Shown: in pieces, positions 28,762-38,965 of the stretch
Layout of the letters: each line of letters opens with the position of its first letter
Numbering within the stretch: position 1 is the first letter of the stretch
Assembly (NCBI GenBank): GCA_965216565.1
Contig: OZ244170.1
Span: 352,001 to 416,000, forward strand
Origin: Bythopirellula sp.
GTDB taxonomy: Bacteria > Planctomycetota > Planctomycetia > Pirellulales > Lacipirellulaceae
DNA length: 64,000 nt
Reading direction: 5' to 3'
Position numbers and translations under genes: made by a program
The notes under the pieces: generated by a model
The model's input: only the letters and a program-made list of their open reading frames with translations
Told to the model about the DNA's origin: nothing
Database searches by the model: none

Positions 28762-30204
28762 TTGTCGCTGCCCCAGCCATCGAATCTTCGACTTGCCGTA
28801 TTGGGGGGAGGTATCTCGGGACTTACCGCTGCCTATCGGCTTACAAAGCTTCTCCCCGCAGCGCGGATTGAGTTATTCGAAGCGTCTGATCGCCTGGGTG
28901 GGGTGCTGGAAACCCATCAGCCACCTGGGTTGCTGGTGGAACGCGGTGCAGACAGTTTCCAGAACAAGCTCTGCTGGGGTGTCGAACTCTGTGAAGAACT
29001 GGGGATCGCAGAAGAGTTGATTCACACCAATTCGGAAAATCGTCGGGCATTGATCCTGAAAGGCGACCAACTTCATCCAGTGCCAGAAGGCTTTGTGATT
29101 ATCTGCCCGCACAGCATGTCTTCCATAATGAAAACCCCTTTGCTTTCCTGGCGGGGAAAATTGCGTGTGTTCGCCGAATCCTCAGTACCTGTGCATCCTG
29201 AAATTGATCGTCCAGATTTTGACGAGAGCGTAGCCTCGTTTGCCAAGCGTCGGCTGGGGGCAGAGTGCTTCGAACGTCTTGTGCAGCCCTTGCTCGCCGG
29301 AATTTATACTGCCGACCCAGAAAAACTAAGCATGGCCGCCACCATGCCCAATGCCATTGCTGACGAACGCGTTCATGGTAGCCTGTACCGAGGTGCCAAG
29401 AAAAGATCTGGTGAGGCGAGCCAAACGGCCAGTGGTGCCCGCTATGGCACTTTTCAAACTTTAAGGGGTGGGCTTAGTCGATTAGTGCAAGAGCTTGCGG
29501 AACAAATCGGCGTACAGAATATTCGAATGAATCAAGGCGTCAACAGTCTTCGAAGGCAAACCCTAGACCAATGGGTGCTGGAGACGGATGCTGAGGAAGT
29601 TGGTCCATTCGATGGTGTAGTCGTAGCACTGCCCACTCCGCGAGCAGCAAACATCTTGGAAACTACGGACGAGGCACTAGCAGGGGAGTTGGCACGAATT
29701 CCCTATGCGAGTAGTGCAATCGTGTCGCTTGCCTACCGAACGAACCAGATCTCGAAGCTACCCACTGGATTTGGAATCGTGGTACCATCAGTTGAAAATC
29801 GACCATTTATCGCAGCGAGTTTTTCTAGCGTCAAATTTCCAGGGCGTGCCCCTGACGATCAGCTTCTCGTGAGAGTCTTTCTAGGTGGAGCCACACTACC
29901 AGAGCAAATGAAGCTTTCGGATCTGGAGCTAGAGTCTATCGCCCTTGGTGAGATGAAAAAGCACCTTGGCACAGAAGCGTCACCGCTATGGTCGGATATC
30001 GTGCGCTGGAATGAAAAGATGCCTCAATACCATGTTGGGCATCTGCAATTGGTGGAAAGAATCGAACGTCGAGTTCGCGAGATATCAGGTTTGGAATTAG
30101 CAGGCAATGCTTACCGTGGCGTGGGGATTCCCCAGTGCATCCACAGTGGGGATGAAGCCGCGCATCGATTGGCTGAGACTATCGGAGTGGCTAAAGAGAG
30201 TTAG
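28762..30204 (+). CDS. hemG: Protoporphyrinogen/coproporphyrinogen oxidase (HemY/HemG flavoprotein)
   Basis: GGGISGLTAA, EASDRLGG, ERGADSF, PLLAGIY, PQYHVGH, AGNAYRGVGIPQC. Confidence 0.93.
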   Translation: MSLPQPSNLRLAVLGGGISGLTAAYRLTKLLPAARIELFEASDRLGGVLETHQPPGLLVERGADSFQNKLCWGVELCEELGIAEELIHTNSENRRALILKGDQLHPVPEGFVIICPHSMSSIMKTPLLSWRGKLRVFAESSVPVHPEIDRPDFDESVASFAKRRLGAECFERLVQPLLAGIYTADPEKLSMAATMPNAIADERVHGSLYRGAKKRSGEASQTASGARYGTFQTLRGGLSRLVQELAEQIGVQNIRMNQGVNSLRRQTLDQWVLETDAEEVGPFDGVVVALPTPRAANILETTDEALAGELARIPYASSAIVSLAYRTNQISKLPTGFGIVVPSVENRPFIAASFSSVKFPGRAPDDQLLVRVFLGGATLPEQMKLSDLELESIALGEMKKHLGTEASPLWSDIVRWNEKMPQYHVGHLQLVERIERRVREISGLELAGNAYRGVGIPQCIHSGDEAAHRLAETIGVAKES

Positions 30205-30847
30205 TGTGGGTTGGCTCGAATCGGATTTCCGTGGCGAACTCGGTGCGCAGTAGGCTTGCCTCGTCACTCCTATCCAAAAGGGAACCGAATTGAGTAATAG
30301 CTTGATACGGATCTCTTTCGTAGGCGTCAGCAAACTCGGTGCTCTTCTCTGCAGCGGCGACGAGCGACCGTAATGAAGACAAGCGTCTGAAGTCTGCAGC
30401 CAGCGTGGGGTCGGCGGAGAGTGCTTTTTCGATAGCGGCCCTTTCCGGCGAGTCGCTGAGAACCTCCAGAGAACCATCATGGCGAGAGATTCCAAGTTTG
30501 ATCTCGCCAGATGGTTTGATTCCTGCCTGGCTCAGCGCGGCTTCCAATCGCCGTCCCAGTTCGTCCTGCAAATTCTCTGCATGATGTGAGATGTCCTCGA
30601 TGCGGAGTGCTGTCTCATCGCCTACCAAGGGATGGCCAGTTAGGACTTCGCTCAGCAATCGGGTGTGGGGATTTTCGTGTGCAGCGACGGAGCTTCCTTC
30701 AATCTCTGCAAGCTCTTCCTCTTGAAACAAGGACTCAGCGGCATCCAACGCAGCAGAAAAAGGCTGTGTGATCTTCCGAGCAGCTTGGCTCAGATTCGAG
30801 ATTAGGGAAGGCGCGGCAGCACCAAGCCAAAGAGGTTCCATTTGCAA
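30191..30847 (-). CDS. Hypothetical protein
   Basis: 218-aa ORF with plausible composition; no family recognised. Confidence 0.6.
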   Translation of the reverse strand: MQMEPLWLGAAAPSLISNLSQAARKITQPFSAALDAAESLFQEEELAEIEGSSVAAHENPHTRLLSEVLTGHPLVGDETALRIEDISHHAENLQDELGRRLEAALSQAGIKPSGEIKLGISRHDGSLEVLSDSPERAAIEKALSADPTLAADFRRLSSLRSLVAAAEKSTEFADAYERDPYQAITQFGSLLDRSDEASLLRTEFATEIRFEPTHTNSL

Positions 30848-30936
30848 CAGCTCCGACTACGAAAAGCACAACGTCTTACGCTACGCTTCATCGTCGGACC
30901 ATTGAGTGGAAGATTAGAGGAACCAGCGAAAGTTTA

Positions 30937-30961
30937 CCGGGGCTAGCACCGCTAGCCCCGG
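30937..30961. terminator. GC-rich hairpin (terminator or REP)
   Basis: CCGGGGCTAGC-ACC-GCTAGCCCCGG downstream of the SHD1 gene. Confidence 0.55.
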
Positions 30962-30988
30962 ACTTTGCTCGTATATCTTGATGTTATG

Positions 30989-32245
30989 CTACTTAGCGAG
31001 CTGGCTTACCAGTTTCTTGGAATTGCCTTGTTTCGCTAGCATCTCTTGCTGCGCCACGTCCTGCCCCCGAACAAACTGGACATCACTTTTGCTCAACCGA
31101 CGCAGCGGCACACGCTTCATCGAGCCATTTGCCTTTTCAATCACGATGGCGTCTGTGTCAAGGCTGACCAAGCGTGCTTCGCAATGGTATCGGGCTGTGT
31201 TGTCTGTCCAGTGTCGCGTCTGCGTGCTGTGCAATCCGCCAGCAATGCGTAGTTTGGCAGGAATCGAATCGGAGCCAAACAAATCGTCGAAGTCATCTTC
31301 GCTGTCGTCGCTTTCGGCTGGCTCCTCCGCTTCTTCTGGCGCAGATTCTTCAGCAGGCTCCTCAGCCGACTCAGTGGAGCTGCTGTCTGGCTCTTCTGTC
31401 TCGGTAGGTTCGGCTGGTTCGTCGAACATGTCATCGAATAGATTTTCTTCAGGCTCCTCGGCAGTTTCGTTTTCTTCAACAATGGGTTCAGATTCCTCAG
31501 CAGAGGCAGCTTCTGGCTCATCGAAGATGGAACCGAACTCGTCGCCGCTATCCTCGGCCTCGGCGGGCTGGGGATCAGTGGCAGGCTCGATTTGGGCAGG
31601 TTCAGCTGCCGGAGTCGTTTCAGGTTCAACCAGGGTATTGTTTACGATGTCATCCTCGGCATCGTCATTGGCCACAGGTTCAGCAAATGTTTCCTGAGCT
31701 GGGATCGGTTTCGGATCGGCCAACTGCTCCTCTGGTTCCAAGGCTGGCTGAGGGGTGACGCTCTCGTAAATCTCAGGAACTTTTTCGACCGAGGGCTTGG
31801 CGACCTCAGTGTGCTGGTGCTCGTGGACCGTCACGCTTCCTGAGCTACTGCAACCGCAAGACTCGCTTTGTACTGCTGCGACCTCTGAGCCACCACAGTT
31901 GCTGCAGCCACAAGACTCACTATGTGCCATCGTGGCCTCAGAGCTGGAACAGCCGCACGATTGGTCACCGCAAGCCGATCCGCAATCTGCACAACCACAG
32001 GAAGAATCTGCACAGCTGGAGACTGTTCCGCAACCTGTAGCGTTATGGCAAGGTTGGTCGCAGCAGGATTCCACATAGCTAGAAGAACATCCCCAACAAT
32101 CGGAACTCCAGCTTTCGTAGACAGGTTCGCTATAGACGACACCACATCCACAACCATCGGCCAATGCGGCCAGGGAGGGACCAAACGTCAAGGTAAGGGT
32201 CATCGAATAAACTAATGTCTTCTGGAAGGCACGATACATCTTCAT
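30989..32245 (-). CDS. Exported protein with Cys-rich N-terminus, acidic linker and C-terminal SHD1 domain
   Basis: Signal peptide ending ALA-D; RHWTDNTARYHCEARLV...VPLRRLSKSDVQFV matches SHD1. Confidence 0.85.
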   Translation of the reverse strand: MKMYRAFQKTLVYSMTLTLTFGPSLAALADGCGCGVVYSEPVYESWSSDCWGCSSSYVESCCDQPCHNATGCGTVSSCADSSCGCADCGSACGDQSCGCSSSEATMAHSESCGCSNCGGSEVAAVQSESCGCSSSGSVTVHEHQHTEVAKPSVEKVPEIYESVTPQPALEPEEQLADPKPIPAQETFAEPVANDDAEDDIVNNTLVEPETTPAAEPAQIEPATDPQPAEAEDSGDEFGSIFDEPEAASAEESEPIVEENETAEEPEENLFDDMFDEPAEPTETEEPDSSSTESAEEPAEESAPEEAEEPAESDDSEDDFDDLFGSDSIPAKLRIAGGLHSTQTRHWTDNTARYHCEARLVSLDTDAIVIEKANGSMKRVPLRRLSKSDVQFVRGQDVAQQEMLAKQGNSKKLVSQLAK

Positions 32246-32490
32246 TTCCTTTACTAATTTCTCTTAGGCAAATGCACTCGCCTACGTCCTAGCGGGCGTT
32301 GCGGTCTAGGCAGCAGCCCAGATCTCGCATGGCCAAATCGGGCCAGAGTAGCTAGCTTTCCATTTTCAATCAGCGAAATGCTCAGTTATCTATGGTAATC
32401 AACATCAGCCCAAAGGCAAAGTTAGCACTAGAGGCTAGCCTTAACTTGCAGGCGAAAATGCCCGTGGGTGATGTCTATTATGAAGCCAGA

Positions 32491-33375
32491 CTAGTGAGCC
32501 GGATTGACGGAACCCACGTCTTTGTAGGTGTGCTGGAGATAGCTGGACATCGATTCATGCTTATCTCTCACAAGCTTTTCTTCCATTCGATGTTGGGTAG
32601 CTGCACTTTGCCAGCTTTGGGCAAAGGGACCGGTGAGCTGGTCGTTGTGCGAGTCCGTCAGCAGATTCACCGCTCGCCGATAGAGTTTCGCTCCGGCATG
32701 GTGCCAGGTGCGAACCTGCTTGGCATGCAAAAGGAGCTTCGAATCGACACCAAGCTCATCGAGTGAATCAATTTCCTCAACGGCAGTCTCGTGCCCCTCT
32801 GCGCGATGGCTGAGGTAATCGAACAGTTGCCAGCTATCGTGGTTGCCAGGTGTGGTGGTTCGTGCCTTAACTTCATCATTGATACATGTCACCAAGGCGA
32901 GCCAGTACTTTTTAGTCGCAACAAACTTCTCTTCCTCGGTTAGCTCAGGGTGATCGGCAGTATCTTCTATGAGCTGTTCATCCGAAGCTTCGTCTGCTTC
33001 AGTCGAGGGTACGCTTTCAATTGGATCGGATTCGTTAGAAGCACTGGGAGAATCGCTCGACTCGGCGATAGGCGTCGTAATGCCGATTTCCGAGGTACCA
33101 ACACTTTCTAGCGAAACAGGTGATTCCTCTGCAGATTGTTCGACTGTGGTTTCAGTCTCACTTGCTACGGAATCTTTGTCCGAGAAGTAGCCTGGGTCGA
33201 CGATCTCTGCCTGCTCCAGGACGGTCGTGCACATGGTCTTCATGTCGACGCCCAGGTAAAACGAACCAAGGGCAACACCGCCGCCGAGTGCACAGAGGCA
33301 ACCAACGAATTCGACAAACGAAAGCCCTTTGCGAGAGTGACTAACACGAACGCCATCGTTCCCAAAAGAACCCAT
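32491..33375 (-). CDS. Hypothetical protein with a prepilin-like (class III) N-terminus
   Basis: SRKG/LSFVEFVGCLCALGGGVALG, then an acidic linker and a helical domain. Confidence 0.7.
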   Translation of the reverse strand: MGSFGNDGVRVSHSRKGLSFVEFVGCLCALGGGVALGSFYLGVDMKTMCTTVLEQAEIVDPGYFSDKDSVASETETTVEQSAEESPVSLESVGTSEIGITTPIAESSDSPSASNESDPIESVPSTEADEASDEQLIEDTADHPELTEEEKFVATKKYWLALVTCINDEVKARTTTPGNHDSWQLFDYLSHRAEGHETAVEEIDSLDELGVDSKLLLHAKQVRTWHHAGAKLYRRAVNLLTDSHNDQLTGPFAQSWQSAATQHRMEEKLVRDKHESMSSYLQHTYKDVGSVNPAH

Positions 33376-33624
33376 TTATCTTCTCCCCAGGTAAAAATAT
33401 GTCGCCCTTACTTGGCGGTGGAAAAAGCCAACGCGAGATTTACCAGCGCGCCTACTTTTGAAACATAGCTTTCCTCAGGCAACTTCAACCAAATCAATAG
33501 GAATCGCAGCGCTGGCATATCCGAGCGAGCCCCAATTAGATCCGCTCGTGGCGATTAATCCGATTGTGGGGAGTAGCGATGTGAATATCGCCAGACAGAA
33601 CTGAGGCCTGCGAACCGCTAGGCT

Positions 33625-35523
33625 CTAGCTCGTTGGTGGGGTATCTGCTGCTCGACGGGCGGCGCGACGTCGATCGGCTTCCTTGAGAAGGGTTTTTCGC
33701 AATCGAATAGTGCTTGGAGTGACCTCCACTAGCTCGTCGTCTTCGATGTATTCCAGACAAGCTTCTAGCGACATTTCCCGTACGGGTCGAACTTGGCTAT
33801 TATCATCCTTACCCGCGGCCCGGACGTTGGTCAGCTTTTTGCCGCGGACCACGTTTACGACCAAATCGCCCATTCGGCAATTTTCACCGACTACCTGACC
33901 CTCATAGATTGGATCGCCAGGACGAATGAAGAATTCGCCCCGATCGAATAAGGCGTCGAGCGAGTAAGCAGTGGCATTTCCCGGCTCATTGGCAACTAAT
34001 ACTCCCGCCGAACGTTGTGGGGTATCGCCGCGTACGGGTTCGTAGTTAAGCAGTGTATGGTGCATCACTGCTTGGCCTTGCGTCGCATTGAGCATCCGAC
34101 TCCTCAAGCCCATCAGTGAGCGGGCAGGAATCGTAAACTCCATGTGGACGTAGCCACCGGCCGTGCCGCGGTGACTAATTTTGGTGACAGTCGCCCTGCG
34201 ATCGCCTACGAGTGACATGACAGCACTTTGGCATTCTTCCGGGCAGTCGACGACAAGCTGCTCGATCGGCTCGCATTTTTTCCCATCGATTTCTCGATAG
34301 ATTACCTGAGGTTTGCCCACGCACAATTCGAACCCTTCACGGCGCATGTTTTCAATCAAGATACCGAGGTGCATGAGCCCCCTGCCAGAGACCCGGAACT
34401 GTTCTTGCGTTGCTCCTGGATTCACCCGCAACGCAACATTGGAACGCAATTCCCGATCGAGACGCTCTGATATCTGCCGACTGGTAAGGTATTTGCCGTC
34501 CTTGCCGGAAAAGGGGCCGTCGTTCACGCGGAAGGTCATGTGCAACGTCGGTTCGTCGATACTCACCAGTGGCAAGGGCTCGGCATAAGATGGATCGGCA
34601 ATGGTGTCGCCGATTTCGATCGGTTCCAGGCCAACCAGTGCGCATAAGTCTCCAGCATCGACACGGTCGACTTCTTTGCGGTCGAGGCCGTCAAATGCTA
34701 GGACTTGCTGAATTTGACGATTGCTGGACTGCCCCTGGCGATCGATCACCGTTACTTGTGTTTTTTTCTGTGCCGCGCCGGACAGAACCCTTCCGATGGC
34801 AATTCGCCCCACGAACTCTGAGTAGTCCAATGTCGTGACTTGCATCCGGAAAGGTTTGTCGGTGGGACCTGTCTGGGGGGCAGGAACCCGCTCAACGATT
34901 GTTTCAAACAGTGGCCGCATGGTCTTCGAGGGATTGTCTAAATCGAGCGTGGCCCAACCTTCTTTGGCAGAAGCAAAAATTGTGGGGAACTCGAGTACAT
35001 CATCGGGTGCTTCGAGATCGACAAGCAAATCGAAAACTTCGTCCACCACTTCATTAGGCCTGGCGTCGGGTCGATCGACCTTGTTGACCACGACAATTGG
35101 CTTCAGGCCATTCTGCAGAGACTTTTGCAACACAAATCGCGTCTGTGGCATCGGTCCTTCAAAGGCATCGACCAGCAACAGCGTCCCACTAGCCATGCCG
35201 AGTACGCGTTCCACCTCGCCACCAAAATCAGCGTGACCAGGGGTATCGATTAGATTGATTCGATAATCGTCCCCATCATCGGCTTGATAACGAACCGCGC
35301 AGTTCTTGCTGAGAATTGTAATGCCCCGTTCGCGCTCTAAATCGTTCGAATCGAAGATCAGTCCGTGTTGGCCTCCAGCCAACTTGGTCAGGTCTTCAGT
35401 TCGGAATTGGCCAGACTGGTACAGCAATTGATCGACCAGGGAGGTCTTGCCGTGGTCGACATGCGCAATAATGGCAACGTTTCGGAGCATGGATGAAGTA
35501 TGTGCGGGTGGAGCAATAGACAT
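33625..35523 (-). CDS. typA: Translational GTPase TypA/BipA
   Basis: IIAHVDHGKT, ERERGITI, DTPGHADFGGEVER, NKVD, VSGRGLMHL, DDELVEVTP. Confidence 0.97.
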   Translation of the reverse strand: MSIAPPAHTSSMLRNVAIIAHVDHGKTSLVDQLLYQSGQFRTEDLTKLAGGQHGLIFDSNDLERERGITILSKNCAVRYQADDGDDYRINLIDTPGHADFGGEVERVLGMASGTLLLVDAFEGPMPQTRFVLQKSLQNGLKPIVVVNKVDRPDARPNEVVDEVFDLLVDLEAPDDVLEFPTIFASAKEGWATLDLDNPSKTMRPLFETIVERVPAPQTGPTDKPFRMQVTTLDYSEFVGRIAIGRVLSGAAQKKTQVTVIDRQGQSSNRQIQQVLAFDGLDRKEVDRVDAGDLCALVGLEPIEIGDTIADPSYAEPLPLVSIDEPTLHMTFRVNDGPFSGKDGKYLTSRQISERLDRELRSNVALRVNPGATQEQFRVSGRGLMHLGILIENMRREGFELCVGKPQVIYREIDGKKCEPIEQLVVDCPEECQSAVMSLVGDRRATVTKISHRGTAGGYVHMEFTIPARSLMGLRSRMLNATQGQAVMHHTLLNYEPVRGDTPQRSAGVLVANEPGNATAYSLDALFDRGEFFIRPGDPIYEGQVVGENCRMGDLVVNVVRGKKLTNVRAAGKDDNSQVRPVREMSLEACLEYIEDDELVEVTPSTIRLRKTLLKEADRRRAARRAADTPPTS

Positions 35524-35952
35524 AGATCGTTAACGGGCAAATTGAAAGTCTGGAGAGGGGGGAGGGGTGACTGCTGGCGGCCAAATTCAGAGAGAACTGG
35601 CAAACAACGCGTCAGGGGATCGTCTATTGTATTGATATTTCGCGGCAGGGGCAGTTCATTTTCACATCTTCTCGTCCCGGCACAGCGATCTTCTTGAGCC
35701 TTGTGAAACGTTTTTTCCCGCAAACTCTGTCTAAATGGATGTTCAGAGGGCTTTCTCAGTCTTTTATGCCAACCAATGCTCAGTAACTCAGGATGCATTG
35801 GTCGAACAAAAGAGTTGGGGGCAGTAGCTTAACTTGTTGAGCTTGCTCGTGGCTCGTATACTTTAAACGGACGGTGCATGAACCCGTGGGCACCGTTTGC
35901 CCTGAAGCAGCATGGACCGCAGCAACGTTGACTCGACACTTGGAAAACAGCG

Positions 35953-37719
35953 GTGTCAGAACCCTCCGTGTCGCAAACCGATCAAACCTCTTCCAGCGAC
36001 GCCAAGTCTCTCCCGCCCAAGGTCTTATTTTTGGGAGGGAGCCACGACGCGATGGTCGATTTTCGTCGTCACTTTGGTGACGAGGTCGAAATCGTCGAAG
36101 TCTTCTCACCGGTGAAGGCTCTCACGCGCATGGCTCGAGAAGAATTCACGGCCATCTACTGCGATGCCGACCATGTGGCCGAAGTCGCCGACGTAGGACG
36201 TTTGATCCGCAATGATCGAATACTGCAAGGAATGCCCGATGGAGTTGTGCTACTGGACAACGAAAATACCATCCTCTGGGGCAACGGTCGGCTCAGCGAA
36301 TGGAGTGGTCAGGATGACGTCATCGGTCAGAATTTTTACACCGTGCTAGGAAGCCCGGAAATCCTCGGCCCCGATTTCTGTCCGTTTCATACCGCGCTCA
36401 GTACAAAACATTCCAGCGTCTCTGTCGTACGTGTAGACGACAACCAGTACTACCGGATCCACTGCGCACCGATCATCGACTCGCCGAACGAAACGCCTCA
36501 GCATCTAGTCGTAACTGTTCACAACGTATCCGACGAGTTGCAGCAACAACAAAAACTGGCGGCAATTCATCAAGCGGGTGTCGAACTAGCAGATCTAACG
36601 ACCGATGAAGTCGACAGCCTGCCTGTGGAGGAGCGTATTGAGCTTCTCAAATCGAATATTGTTCAGTGTACTCAAGACGTGCTGCTAATCGACGTGATCG
36701 AGATTCGCATGCTCGATCAGGAAACCAACGAATTGCAACCGCTGCTGGCGGTGGGAATGATCGAGTCGGCTGAAAATCGAGAGCTTTTCGCCAAGGCTGA
36801 AGACAATGGTGTCACGGGTTTCGTAGCTGCCACCGGCAAGAGTTACGTCTGCGAGAATTGTGCGGAAGACCCCCTTTATTTGGAGGGAGCTGCGGGTGCG
36901 AGAAGTTCCCTAACGGTGCCTTTGATATTTCACGAGCAAGTGATCGGCACGCTCAACGTCGAGAGCCCCGAAGCGAATGCCTTCTCCGAAAGTGATTTGC
37001 AGTTTCTTGAGATTTTCGCCAGAAACGTAGCTGTCGCTATTCACACGCTCGACTTGTTGGCCGCTGAAAAAGCGAGTACGGCGGCCGCAAGCGTCGATGC
37101 GATCCACAGCGCGGTAGCTTTGCCCATCGATGTTATCCTAAATGATGCGGTAAATGTGATGGAGCGCTATATTGGTCACGAAGCGGAAGTGGTAGAGCGT
37201 TTGCAATCCATTCTCCGTAATGCCCGCGACATTAAACGAGTGATCCAAAAAGTGGGTCAAACGATGGCTCCGGCACAAGCCTCGCCAAGCTCGTCTGTGC
37301 CGATGGCTCGGCCATCACTGACCGGCAAACGCATTCTAGTGGTCGACGACGACGAACAGGTACGTGCCGCGGCCCATGCGTTGCTGGAGCGCTATCGCTG
37401 TATAGTTGAGACGGCTCGAAGTGCAAAAGAAGCTGGCTTAATGGTTAGCAACCTCGGGCCTGGGAACAAGTACGACGCGATTCTGGCGGATATTCGGCTT
37501 CCCGACGCCAATGGCTACGAATTCCTGCTGAGCATGAAGAAGTTGCTCGATTATGTCCCACTGATCCTAATGACTGGCTTTGGCTACGATCCTGGTCACA
37601 GCATATTGAAGGCACGGCAAGAAGGCGTGGCAAGCGTGCTGTATAAGCCTTTCCGATTAGACCAACTCCTCAGTGCCATCGAGGACCTTGTCGATTCGCA
37701 TCCCTCTGGTCAGGGTTGA
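35953..37719 (+). CDS. Signalling protein: PAS, GAF and C-terminal receiver domain
   Basis: ILQGMPDGVVLLD (PAS); NGVTGFVA...SSLTVPL...IGTLNVES...FSESD (GAF); RILVVDDD..DIRLPDANG..MTG..KPF (receiver). Confidence 0.88.
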   Translation: MSEPSVSQTDQTSSSDAKSLPPKVLFLGGSHDAMVDFRRHFGDEVEIVEVFSPVKALTRMAREEFTAIYCDADHVAEVADVGRLIRNDRILQGMPDGVVLLDNENTILWGNGRLSEWSGQDDVIGQNFYTVLGSPEILGPDFCPFHTALSTKHSSVSVVRVDDNQYYRIHCAPIIDSPNETPQHLVVTVHNVSDELQQQQKLAAIHQAGVELADLTTDEVDSLPVEERIELLKSNIVQCTQDVLLIDVIEIRMLDQETNELQPLLAVGMIESAENRELFAKAEDNGVTGFVAATGKSYVCENCAEDPLYLEGAAGARSSLTVPLIFHEQVIGTLNVESPEANAFSESDLQFLEIFARNVAVAIHTLDLLAAEKASTAAASVDAIHSAVALPIDVILNDAVNVMERYIGHEAEVVERLQSILRNARDIKRVIQKVGQTMAPAQASPSSSVPMARPSLTGKRILVVDDDEQVRAAAHALLERYRCIVETARSAKEAGLMVSNLGPGNKYDAILADIRLPDANGYEFLLSMKKLLDYVPLILMTGFGYDPGHSILKARQEGVASVLYKPFRLDQLLSAIEDLVDSHPSGQG

Positions 37720-37754
37720 ACCCGCGACTCTTACGACAAGGTCTCTGACTACGC

Positions 37755-38930
37755 ATGATGGCAATCTTGTTTCTTGGTGCAGCTTTCGTGGCCTTGGTCG
37801 GCCACGGTTATTTTTGGGTCGCGATTGTTAATCGACTCCATGGTTTAGCTGGTCGTCGAAAACTAATTGATCTGGCAACACTCGCATGCACAGTTTGCTT
37901 TTTAGCCTTCCCGGTGTATGTGCTCGCACATGGCAAGGCAGTCTTCGCTTATTGGAATTCATTCTCGGTTTCCGAATCGTTGTTGGCTGTGCGATATTTT
38001 CAGGCATGTTTGCTGATGAGCCTGGGTGAATTTCTTGTCAAATCGCTATGGCCATCCGAGCGCGATCAATCATCTACCTTGCTTGAAGCAAGCCGCGAGT
38101 CAGTAGACGTCGACAATTCCTCTAGCCTGGATTACTACCGAGGATCGTATGCTCGGTTCCTCGGTGCCATTCCTGGTAATCAATCGACACAGCTGAGCAT
38201 CGACTGTAAACGCGTTATGGTGCCACAGCTTAATCACGCACTCGAGGGGATTCGGATTGTCCACCTGAGCGATTTTCATATGACGGGTCGCCTCGATGTC
38301 GAGTGGTACAAGATCGTTGTCGATCAGGTGACTCAGTTGGAGCCGGATGTTGTAATCATCACGGGGGACATTGTTGAAAATCCTGAGTGTTTTCCGTGGC
38401 TGGAGGAAACCATCGGCCAGCTTAGTGCGGAGTTTGGTGTGTATTTCATTCTCGGAAATCACGACAAATATGTGGATATCGCTCGCACAAAGATGATCCT
38501 GGCCAGTGCGGGCCATGTGTGTGTAAGTGGGCAGTGCTTAGAAACGGCGTGGAACGGTGTCCCTGTGTTTCTCGCAGGCAATGAACGCCCCTGGTTCGAA
38601 AACGTGGGGGCATGGCCTGAAGTTGGGAATCATGAAGCAAGAACAGCTCCCTTGCGCGTTGCCTTGCAGCACACACCCGACCAATGGGAATGGTCACGGA
38701 ATAACGACGTCGACTTAGTCTTTGCGGGGCACACGCACGGAGGCCAGATTTGTTTGCCAATTCTAGGGGCTGTGGCGTGCCCTAGTCTTTACGGAACGCG
38801 ATACGCTGCGGGAGTTTTTCGACGGGGAAACTGCGTGATGCACGTCACCCGAGGATTGTCGGGTCGCACGCCGTTGCGTTGGCTTTGCCCGCCCGAAATT
38901 GCACTGCTGGAGTTGGTTGGGCCGGCTTAG
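37755..38930 (+). CDS. Membrane-anchored metallophosphoesterase (YkuE/YaeI-like)
   Basis: HLSDFH, TGD, GNHD, HTPD, GHTHGGQ. Confidence 0.9.
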   Translation: MMAILFLGAAFVALVGHGYFWVAIVNRLHGLAGRRKLIDLATLACTVCFLAFPVYVLAHGKAVFAYWNSFSVSESLLAVRYFQACLLMSLGEFLVKSLWPSERDQSSTLLEASRESVDVDNSSSLDYYRGSYARFLGAIPGNQSTQLSIDCKRVMVPQLNHALEGIRIVHLSDFHMTGRLDVEWYKIVVDQVTQLEPDVVIITGDIVENPECFPWLEETIGQLSAEFGVYFILGNHDKYVDIARTKMILASAGHVCVSGQCLETAWNGVPVFLAGNERPWFENVGAWPEVGNHEARTAPLRVALQHTPDQWEWSRNNDVDLVFAGHTHGGQICLPILGAVACPSLYGTRYAAGVFRRGNCVMHVTRGLSGRTPLRWLCPPEIALLELVGPA

Positions 38931-38965
38931 TGTGATTGCCCAGCTTAGTGTGATTGCTGAGTCGA

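Noticed and set aside
30978..31697. 239-aa Ser-rich plus-strand ORF
   Set aside because: Antisense shadow of the Glu-rich linker of the SHD1 gene
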